DNA from: Paraphysomonas bandaiensis | Taxonomy: Eukaryota; Protista; Chrysophyceae | Direction: 5' to 3' | Length of the DNA: 64,000 nucleotides | NCBI GenBank assembly: GCA_965644295.1 | Contig: CBFFRP010000143.1 | Span: 124,001-188,000 of the forward strand | Part shown: in pieces, positions 1 to 10,366 of the stretch | Position numbering within the stretch: the first letter of the stretch is position 1 | Layout of the letters: the number at the start of each line of letters is the position of its first letter | Program-made: the position numbers and the translations under genes | The notes under the pieces: generated by a model | Databases searched by the model: none | Seen by the model: the letters and a program-made list of their open reading frames with translations, nothing else | Told to the model about the DNA's origin: nothing

Positions 1-1431
1 GACGGGTGTCTCGTCTAAAGAAGACTACTCCCCCGCATTTACTCAGCACAATTTTTTCTGGAGATAAAGAAGACTCATTCTCCGTTGGTGAGTCCACGGG
101 TGCGTGTGCTGTGGAAGTATCTAAAGCGCCAGTATTTGAAAATAACCCTGATGGCGAAGAAGCTGAAATAGGTCAGCTCAGGGAGTCGATGGCTGCGCAG
201 GAAGGGCGGCCGATATTCCCCATCCCTAAGGGGATGTACCCTGCCTATGATGGCTTCCCTCCCCATCTCGTGGACTGGCAGAGCAAAGAGAGGGCTATGG
301 CATTGGCTATGAGAAAGGAGATTAAGGCTAAGGAGAGTGCACTGGCTGCTCTAGAGGACCAGATACATCAGGTACATATATGCTTTGATATATTTCGTTG
401 CAGCTGACCGGTAGCCATTTATTTAGCTTGAGGCTAATCACGCAGAGTGGGTGAGTAAGAATAGTAGTTCAGCGTCCAGAGAAAACCTGAGGCTTCGTGT
501 GTCTATGATGGAGCGAGAGAAACAACATCTGCGAGACTTGGCCATCATTGAGGAACGTATTGCTCAACAGCGCATCGAAAATCTGCAAAAAATGGAGGAA
601 GTTGCGAGGGAAGAACGGGAGGTACTAGCACGAATCGACGAAGAGACCCGTAAAATATTGTCTGAGAGTGACGACCACCTTAGGGAAAAACAGGAGGCCG
701 CTGCAATGTTTCAACGACATAGAGAAGTTGGGAATGCGGCGGAGGTTGCAATGCAGAAGAGCATTCAGAAGCTTCACACTGAACGGATGCATCGAGGCAG
801 TGAAGATACCGCGCTACAGACGCTGCATAAACATCAAGATGCAGTGGACGAAATATGTATGGGCAAGATCTCTGACGTGGTAGAGGCTGCAGCGCAGGCA
901 GCAAGATGTCAACCCCATCGTTCTAATGTGGGTATAACACAACCTACCACTGCAACCTCATCGAAGCTAATTTCTTCTAAATCCACTATGTCAATTGGAA
1001 AGTATCCCACTACCGGTGGAGCAAGTTCTGGAGGTGAGAGCAGTGATAGCAGTGTGCTAATGCAGGCAATGGCGTATCTGCAGAAACACGACGCAGAAAA
1101 GCAGAATTTATCTGGAAGCAGTGATCAAAATAACACCACAAACGTTTTGTCGACGGATTCAGTGGTTGCTGCTGACATTTCGGGTGTGAATAGGGTGACG
1201 ACTCTGCTAGATCAGTCTGACAAATTCGTCAGTGACCAATTGAAAGTCCTACTGTCTTCCTCTTCTTCTTCCTCCGCTCATGATGATATTGATGATAAAC
1301 ACAATAAAGCTGCATCTTTTCTTGAACAAAGAAATGATATTGTATTACCCAGTGCGCACGTGGCACGCACTGACACGGAGGATCTTGAGCGAATTGTCGA
1401 GGCCACGTACAGGTGCGAACACTTTCAGTAG
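1..1431 (+). CDS. Uncharacterised coiled-coil protein, 5'-truncated by the window; exons <1..371 and 427..1431
   Basis: ORFs 6..407 and 451..1431 join in frame via a 55-bp GT-AG intron (372 GTACAT...ATTTAG 426), giving ...DQIHQ|LEANHAEW...; E/K/R/Q-rich helical central part and Ser-rich tail. No recognisable family. Confidence 0.6.
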
Positions 1432-2112
1432 CCCGTGTTTTGTGAGTCGTATTACTCTGTAGGGTTGTGCGAAGTGCTGAACAAGAATTCAGATCGAGTT
1501 ATAACAATGATACTAGGGCGGATATCGAGTGGAATACCTCAACAGAAAGTGCCAGAAGTAGTAGCCACTCCTCAGGGTCGTGGTCCGTGTCAAGTTGTGA
1601 CACAATTGGATAATTTGCTAAGTTAACTGAACGTGCGTTCAATAATTATTCTTGTTAAAATTATAATCAATATCTCTTCCCATTCATCAATTTCATGTCA
1701 TCTCTAAGACCAATCATTAAACCGGTATACCCCTTTAGGGTATACCAACACAAACTTCCTACTTTTAAACGGCTAACTACTGTGCTTTCAGTTTTTACCT
1801 ACTTTTGAGTCTACAACTACTTTTCAGTCTACTACCCCACACTCGCACACTCACACTCCAGGCACACCCGTGTCAAATTTGCCAAAAAGAATCCGCAATT
1901 TGATTTCCACTGACTACCCGAGTTCCATTTTTTAGTCATTCTGAAAAAATAATCTGCTTTCCGGACTATTACAAATCGCTTCGGGGAGAAAAACAGAAGT
2001 TCAGTGGAAGTCGGAAGAATTGAAATTTTCTTTTATTATTAACATTTTCTGCAGCAGTAGTTGATTAAGCAAGTGCTGCTACTAAGTGTTTCGTATTACT
2101 ATTAGTGCTGCT

Positions 2113-2406
2113 TATTAGAATATGGATCTTATTCTAGTATATTCAGTATGTCACTTCAAGACAATGTACGAGAATACAGTGAAATATAGTGATGTACAAA
2201 TGCTGTGATGATATTGAGAAACTGAAATAGTTTGATCGTACAAGATATGTTCAGTAACGAGAGGTTCGCATATGTAGGATATTATGCAGGGATTATAATG
2301 AGTTAGTGTTGGTTATCACAACTTCGTGTAAACGATATTAATAAATCTATCTAGTCTTACGACAAATTCTCTCTGTGATCTAGTGTAAAATGAGCGTTTC
2401 TCAATA
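2113..2406 (+). repeat. 5' LTR (TA...TA termini)
   Basis: TATTAGAATATGG...GTTTCTCAATA; no difference seen versus 7336-7629; identity breaks at the base on each side. Confidence 0.97.
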
Positions 2407-5400
2407 TGGTAGCGAGCGAGGAGGAGAGAAGGAGGATAGAGGAGTAGTGCCACAGTTTAATGAGAGCAATGTTGAACAATGGATTGAAGACTTCGAAACG
2501 TTCCTCATGAGGAAAGAGCAAAGTGAAGTAGCGGTGGAGCCACCACCGAAGGAAAGCGACTTTGGGGAACAGCCACTCACGTTAATGGAGGAGAAGTCTT
2601 ACAGACAGGCTGTGAAGAAGTACTGGAAGGCGAATGCCATAGCGTATTCGTACTGCAGAGAGGCAGTGCAAACATCTTCGAAGGCGCTTCAGAAATTCCA
2701 TCTTCTACATAAAGGGTTCAAGGCTGATGGAAAAGGAAGCAACAGGTTTAAGGCGCATAATATTATGATTGATGAGTTGAAGAAGTGCTTTGCTGGAGGG
2801 AAGCAAAACAAGATCAGTGAGCTGTTGACTCAGTATGGATCTTTCCGTATGCGTCCGGAGGAGACTGCGAAGGACTATATAATACGGTTTGAAATACTGC
2901 TGAAAGAGCTACAGGAGCAGCAGCAGGACATATCGGAGCTCTCAAAAATAACACGGTTACGAGAAGGTCTGTTGAATGAAGAATATGCTCCTCTGAATGT
3001 TGCTTTGTACTTGATGCCTGATGATGTTGATTATGCAACATTATCAAGGAAGATAGAACGGTATGATGATACCATTCCTGGAAGGATTGCGTTAGAGCGG
3101 AAACGCAAGAAGGTGGAGGAGCTGAATTTCATTGAAAAGAGCAAACGGTCTCGAACAGAACGGGATAAGCGTAAGAAGGGCAACTGTAGATATTGCAGGA
3201 AAGAAGGAATTCCTCATAGCCATTCAACTGAACAGTGCAGGAGGAAGCAGAGGAAGAAGGATGGAGAGATATCAGGGCAGCGTCCTGGAAGTGCTGCGTA
3301 TACGGGATGCAGAAATTGCAAGTCTCTGGAACATCTTGCTGCTGATTGTCCAACGACGAAGAAAAAGCATTCTAGAAGAGGAGAGAAAGGGAAGAATCAT
3401 GGTAGGAAGCCGGACAAAAGGCTGCTGACAGTAGAGAATATACGGCGTGGAGAACCAGCAGAATTCTCTGATGAAGATGAAGCAAATATGATCGAGGATG
3501 TTATGAAATTGTCATGCAATATACATGAAACGAATATATGTAGTGTGAATGATGACATGCATTATACATATATTGACACCTGCTGTTCATCATCAATGTT
3601 CTTGATGAATGATGTGACCATGCTTGACACTCATATGAATACATCAAAGGTGATAAACGGCTCTAAGAAGGGATCAGAGATTCATATCACAAGTGTGGGT
3701 TCCCGTGGAGCATGGAGAGACATAGAAATTTCAGATCAGATCAATCGATGCCTGTGCTCCGGACGTAAGCTGAACGAAATGGGCTATCGATTCACGGTGT
3801 GGTATGGGATCCAAATTTATGACTGTAATACTGGTGAACTGGTACTGGAGGGACCCATGAAGAATGGAATGACTGCAGTTCCAACTCAGCAGCTGTTGGA
3901 GCTTCCAGATGTGTCTACACCGAGTAATTGTGAAGTAAATCTTAGCGATAGGACTGGTGAGGACGAGCTGGAGTTGCTGCATCGGAGAGCGGGTCACTTC
4001 AACAAACATGCTTTAGTGGAGGCACATAAGAGGATGCTCATCATGGGTACAGGGTTGAAACGGAAACACCTCACAGCCAAGGTACACAAAAATCAGTGTT
4101 TGTGTGATGTGTGTGCCAGGTCTAAGATAACCCGAGTCAGCTTCCGAACGAAGGACGAGAATTCCGTTAGACCGAATTTTTCAGCAGATATCGCTGTGTA
4201 CTTAAATTGTCCTGCTAGAGGAGGTGAGAGGTATGTGTTAAAGATAACGCATCATGCCAGCAAAATGTTCTGGGCGACGGGGTTAGTCCACAGAACTGGG
4301 GAAGCGGTCTTAGAAGTCTTCAAAGAGCTATTTTTAGAGGAGATGTTAAAAGGTACAAGCTCAAGATGGAGCACTATCATGCAGATGGTGCAGGAGAATT
4401 AATCAGTGAAGAGCTGCGTCAGTATCTTAGGACACAGGAGTGCTATCAACATACATGGAGCTCAACAGACTCTCCAGAAATGAATGCCATAGAGGAGAGG
4501 AAGTTCAGAACTGCTGGAGAGATGACTCTTGCAATGCTAATCCAATCTGGACTGCCACCGCAATTTTGGCTGGATGCATACATGGCAGCCAGATATATTT
4601 TGATTCGATTGCCAACGAAAACAGATAAAGGGTATATGTCTCCTATAGAGTTTCTAACGGGCGAGCCTCCAAATTTGAGATATCTTAGGGTATGGGGGTG
4701 TCGAACTTATGTTCTTTCACCGAAGGCGGATCGACGAAAGGATTGGGAGGATAAGGCTCTAGTTGGATATTTAATGGGTTACTCTGATGAGAAGGTAGGA
4801 TACCATGTATATCTTCCTGAATCAAACAAGGTGGTGACTACAGTCCATTCATATATTGACTGATGAGTCAACGCCATCACGATCAGAAAAGTATTTCGCA
4901 GAGATTGATGCTCTTCGAGTGCGGGAGGCCGCTAGACCCAAGCTTGCATCCGACTATGTCAGCTTAGAAGGAACGTATCATATTGATGATGAGGACGGAC
5001 TTCTGTATAAGACAACAAGAGTTGTAGAACGTAAGGGTGTGATTGTAGCATACCGTTCACTTGTTACTGCAGGTCGTGAGCATATAGAGCACCGGGTGCC
5101 TATACACGTCGCAGACGTGGTGCGTATGACTGCAGAAACCCCCGGGAATACCGGGTACATAGGAAAGGGGGACGCCCTGAGTACTACGCCAGCCAGGGAG
5201 CTGGACCAGGGAAGACCTGGAGGGTTCCAGGAGAGTCCTGACCCAACCTGTCAACAGACAGTCGTGAGGTTGCAGACCTTGACAGACCGTGGGTCTGGGG
5301 ATGCGAGCGGGGCTCCTCCCACACCGCAAGATTTGCGGGCTCAGGATGAGCAAGGTATGGGTTCGTATATATCTACTAGACGACCTATTGAACTAGATGG

Positions 5401-7156
5401 TGATGGTCGTGTACGGCGGAAACGGCTACAGCGTAGGTTGGCGAACGCATCGGTGTTAGGAGAAATAAATATGGTTGAGGTGCCAGATGCATGCACTGTT
5501 AACTTTAAACATGCAGAGTTTCAACATGATGACTTTAAGATACCAGACTCCTATGCTGAAGCGGAGAGATCTCCACAGTACATGAAGTGGCGAGAAGCTC
5601 GGAAGGTGGAGAAGACCTCACTACTGAAGAGACGTGTCTTAAAGATTGTGCGGACTCCACGGGGAGTGAAGTTGGTGCGAGCTAAGTATGTTCACACGGT
5701 GAAGAGAGACCTTCTGGGGAATGTAGTCAAGTATAAGGCGCGGCTGGTTGCATTAGGGAATCTACAAGAAAAAACGGAGGAGGAGCAGTCCACGTTTGCT
5801 CCAGTGGTCAAAGGAATAACCATTCGACTGGTCCTCGCGATTGCGTTTATGTTCCATATGCATGTACATCAGTTGGATGTATCATCAGCGTTTTGTTATG
5901 CCGATCTTGAAGAGGATGTTTATATGGCACCTCCACCTGATGAAGAGTTGCCAGCGGGGTGGTGTTTTCAATTGATCAAGGCCTTATATGGTTTGCGGTC
6001 ATCACCGAGGCAGTGGAACAAGCATATTGACAAGTTTATCAAATCGTTACATTTTACTGCTTGCATTTTAGATACATGCTTGTATATGCGATGGAGTAAT
6101 GGTCAATTGCACTTATTGCTGATATATGTTGATGATATTATCATTGCATCTGCTGATCTCACCTACTTAGAAAGTGTTAAACGTAGGTTCTGCGAAACGT
6201 TTGAAATGCACGATCTGGGTGTGTGCAAACGGTTTCTGAATATCAGAATCACGAGAGGAGAGGACTGGTACATGTTAGATCAATCGGAATATGCCAAGAA
6301 TATTGTAAAGAAATTCGATTCGTTTATGGGGAAGAGCAGTAAGAATAAGGAGACTCCACTACCTACCAATGTTCAGGATTTGTTGGCAGAGCAACGTGAG
6401 CTGACGGAGGAGCAGAAGCAGTGGGTCGAATCATTTCCGTATAGAGGAATTATTGGAGCGGTGTTGCATTTGGCGATTCACACTAGACCTGATCTGGCTT
6501 ACGCTGTGGGGTTATTGGCTCGATTTAGTACTTCTCCAACATATGCGACTTGCAGATTAGCTATTCATTTGTTGAAATATTTACGTGGTACAGTTGATAA
6601 GGGAATCAGATTCAGTGGGAGTGAGTTTGATTTACATGTATTCAGTGATTCAGACTGGGCTGGTGATAGGATGACTAGGCGGTCCACAACGGGATACATC
6701 GTGCTTTTATGTGCGGGCGCTTTGGCCTGGCAGTCCAAGCTTCAGACCACAGTTGCGACTTCGAGCATGGAATCTGAGTATATGGCGGAGTATGCGGCTT
6801 TGCAAGAACTGGTGTGGCTTCGGGGGGTGTTCAAGGAGCTCGGACTCTTGGTAGCGAAGCCGACTCCATTCTTTATGGATAGTAAGAGTGCAAAGGATCT
6901 TTCAGAGAATCCAGTGTATCATAAGAGGTCGAAGCATATTGACATCAAGTATCACTGGATAAGAGAACATGTTAATGGCAAATTTCCTACAGCAAAGTTG
7001 ATTCATGTATCTACGGATGATATGGCGGCCGATATTTTTACAAAGGCGTTGTCCACGAAGATCTTCAGCCGTCATGAGAAAACGATTACCGGGGTTAAGA
7101 GGAGTGTGTCTAACAGTGTGGAGGAGCAGCAGAAGAAACGACCCCGAAGAGGTTAA
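2390..7156 (+). pseudogene. copia gag-pol polyprotein broken into three ORFs (2390-4402, 4366-4863, 4856-7156)
   Basis: Zinc knuckles CRYC..HSHSTEQC and CRNCKSLEHLAADC; protease IDTCCSS; integrase HRRAGH..CDVC and D/D/E (SADI, HADGAGE, NAIEER); RT KARLVA, LYGLRSS, YVDD; RNase H SDSDWAG. Frameshifts near 4348-4351 and 4846-4862. Confidence 0.93.
2407..2417 (+). promoter_or_regulatory. Primer-binding site, probably initiator tRNA-Met
   Basis: TGGTAGCGAGC immediately after the 5' LTR, complementary to a tRNA 3' end ...GCUCGCU-A-CCA (A1-U72 pair typical of iMet). Confidence 0.75.
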
Positions 7157-7326
7157 AGGTGTGTTTTAGTGGGTGAAAATCCCACATAACTGTATATCTA
7201 GTTGACTGCTAGATATATATGTATCTTTAAAAGATTTCACATCTGTTTTTACCTATGGGACTAGATAGTCATAGCATTATCAGATTATTGTGATCACTGT
7301 TGTTTTATCTCACTGCATTCTACATT

Positions 7327-7335
7327 GAGTGGGAG
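7327..7335 (+). promoter_or_regulatory. Polypurine tract
   Basis: GAGTGGGAG directly 5' of the 3' LTR. Confidence 0.75.
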
Positions 7336-7629
7336 TATTAGAATATGGATCTTATTCTAGTATATTCAGTATGTCACTTCAAGACAATGTACGAGAATAC
7401 AGTGAAATATAGTGATGTACAAATGCTGTGATGATATTGAGAAACTGAAATAGTTTGATCGTACAAGATATGTTCAGTAACGAGAGGTTCGCATATGTAG
7501 GATATTATGCAGGGATTATAATGAGTTAGTGTTGGTTATCACAACTTCGTGTAAACGATATTAATAAATCTATCTAGTCTTACGACAAATTCTCTCTGTG
7601 ATCTAGTGTAAAATGAGCGTTTCTCAATA
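7336..7629 (+). repeat. 3' LTR
   Basis: Direct copy of 2113-2406, followed by TSD CTGCT. Confidence 0.97.
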
Positions 7630-7839
7630 CTGCTGCAAGTTAGGCCATTTTTAATAGACTTTTTTTTACTGTTTTAAGGTTTTCCATGTTTTGCTATTCC
7701 TGTTTGACACTTGACGTTAAATCCGAAAATACCAAAAGAGCTATTCTTAATAAAATTTTACTGTTTTACTGTTTTACGGTTTTAAACTTAAGTTTTGCTT
7801 TGCAATTTTATTTATTTAATAAATAATAATATTCACAAA

Positions 7840-8090
7840 ATGGAAAGCATTGACCCTCGAGGAAGCTCCCGTAGATGCATTCTGCGAGTTGCTCTCGCAT
7901 AATGAAGCTATTTAACAAGAAACGAAAGCGGCGGCCAACGGAGAGCATTGGCTACGACAAATATACGGCATGGGGAAGGACGCTTAGCGACGAAAGGGTC
8001 AAAGGTCCCAATTCCTGGGTTGGAAAAAGGTTTAGGAGGAGGTGTAGAATCCCTTATTCTGTATTTTTCCTCGTAAGCTTCCTACCATAA
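7840..8090 (+). pseudogene. Truncated PIF/Harbinger-type transposase N-terminal fragment
   Basis: TAWGRTLSDERVKGPNSWVGKRFRRRCRIPYSVF resembles the W..L.D..V..P.S..GK.FRRRFR.P...F segment before the DDE core in this superfamily; frameshifted start, no DDE core follows. Confidence 0.55.
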
Positions 8091-8227
8091 ACTAATAATA
8101 ATACCCTTGGCTCTGGTACTGTGAGGTCCACAACGTCAGCTCTGACTGAATCAAGTTTTTCGCCATCATCTTCTGATCCCAACGCAACTGAACCACCTGT
8201 TAACGATGTCGTTGAGCTATATCTGAA

Positions 8228-8780
8228 GTGTCTGATGCGGAGGACGACGGCAGCGAAGACGATGGTGCTTTTTCAGAACGTGATGATGATGACGACGATA
8301 ATGAAAGTGATGATGCTAACAATGGAATGAACACTGAAGACGATGAACCTACTGCTGGCGAGTGGTACACTTCGAGAAAGAATTTTAACGTTCCACGGTA
8401 TGCAGCCGATGCTAGAGTCAAAATCAGCGAGACTTTCACGTTGAAGGAACGGTTCCGCAAATTTGGCAAGACTAATTATTACGAAACTTGCTCAGTTGGA
8501 AAAATTCACAGTGTTGTGAGAAAAAAAGGTGATTCTTCGTTGTTCTACAAGTTTTAATAAATAATATAATCATGTTGCTCACCGGCGCCCTCCATCGAAG
8601 CTTGAAGACTACGGATTTGACACATGCGAGAACTTCCTCTCCTCGGACAAAAAAAAGTGTCGAATTCATAAGAGACCAAGAGACTCTTCCACAACAGGTA
8701 ACAATTCTAGCAAACGGCAATACTAGGCTTATGAAGCGGCCAAGAAAGCTCTCTATGATAGTAGTGATGGTGATAGCTAG
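8228..8780 (+). pseudogene. Decayed ORF with acidic N-terminus, probably a transposon accessory gene
   Basis: Coding-like reading ...LFYKF [AT-rich insertion with stops ~8555-8566] YNHVAHRRPPSKLEDY... continues past the stops; adjacent to the transposase relic. Confidence 0.35.
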
Positions 8781-9385
8781 CTGTTAAATGAGGTGGCTGC
8801 ATAATGGAGATGATGTCAGATGTGTGATGTGGCTGTGACTGTGTATGCACGCTATGATATTGAGTGGGTGGATAGGTGGATATAGGATATTATGTAATAC
8901 GTGGATATGCACTGACATATGAGCATGCATAATATATGCGAGGTGATCTTGAAATAATGATGACATACATTGCTTAGACTATGCATCATCATCAGCTGTG
9001 GTTTCTATTGATGAGGCAGTATAATAGAGTTAGCTTAGGAATTTGGAAGTAAGAGAAGAGACGAATTTAAAGCAGCCAAGCTGCGTGCGTCGGCCAATTA
9101 TTAACGAATAGTACGTAGTAGACATCATATAAATTAGTGTGCGTCTTAAATTGATAAAGTAGAACGGTGAATATATAAAGAAAGGCTAGGATAACTTCTT
9201 TTTTATTAATGAATCTTCCTGCTTTCATAGATGTGTCCTCTTTAAAATCATTATTAATAATCGTTGCTACATTGCTCAATCAAAATACACAGACCAACAT
9301 ACATAAGGGATCGATCGTTGCAATTCTGTCATTATACAGCGATGCTATCTGTTTATTATTTACTACTACTTCAGATAATTAGACA

Positions 9386-10065
9386 AAACCATAGTCTGTA
9401 ACCATAGTCTGTACCCAATGATATAAAATGGAATTATTACAACACTGAGCAAACTAATCACGGTACCCCTCCATTCTATAGTTTCCTTTTAGATAGAGTA
9501 TCAGCATGTGTGTACAATTCACTAGCTAATGAGTTATAGAACTATAATAATCGATACTATTTGTATCTATCAAACTAATACTACATTACGCATGGAGTGT
9601 ATCGGCAGGGTGAATATCCTCTACTATTTTCGTCACAAGGGATACTACTGTAACAAAACGCAAGAGTATCTTGAGGAAGCTGACAGTGTGCAAATTAAAC
9701 GTAGGGTATTGATCTACACCAACCGTATGAGGCAGATGGAATGACACATTGGCCAAATCAATTGGTGTTCAACGCCCCAGTGATCTCTATTTCCTGAGCA
9801 TGCTCTGAGTTTCATGTCGCGTCATCTTCATCGTTGCAAAGAGAACCTGATTTGCGCTTTTGAAATGCCATGTTAAACTATGAGTGAATGGAGAATACAA
9901 TGAACGTACCAGCACATTAATTTGACTTGCGATTCGCTGACTCAACAATGTGATATGAAGTGTGGTTCACACTGTCTGATTTTGACTGATTTTATGACAG
10001 TTATTTTATGTATGAAAATCGACGTTATTTTCAGTTTTTTTCAGTGTGGTTACAGACTATGGTTT
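9386..10065. mobile_element. MITE-like element with 19-bp perfect terminal inverted repeats
   Basis: AAACCATAGTCTGTAACCA (9386-9404) is the reverse complement of TGGTTACAGACTATGGTTT (10047-10065); no coding capacity; no clean TSD. Confidence 0.6.
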
Positions 10066-10366
10066 AATCTAAATTCTGTAATTTATTATTATGAATGATG
10101 CTTATATTGTTCAATTTATATTATACTTTATTTAGTACTGAAGTACTAATACTACCACAACACTCACTGATGGTCATGCTCTATTATTCTCCCTACTACA
10201 CACATGCACACATGTATATTCAACACATTTATTATATATATTGTCCAAGATTAACCCATTATATAAATATAAAGTATGGGCAAGAAAGCTAAATAAACTG
10301 TAATAATACCCCAAAAGGATACATGCTCAGAGGGACCTGTTACTTCAACCAGCGACGATCAACTTG

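Larger units (their letters stand above)
2113..7629 (+). mobile_element. Full-length Ty1/copia LTR retrotransposon, very recent insertion
   Basis: Two identical 294-bp LTRs, 5-bp TSD CTGCT at 2108-2112 and 7630-7634, PBS, PPT, and gag-PR-INT-RT-RH order (integrase before RT = copia). Confidence 0.97.

Noticed and set aside
2109-2403. Alternative canonical TG...CA LTR boundaries
   Set aside because: TG at 2109 is not shared with the 3' LTR, and those ends would destroy the CTGCT TSD.
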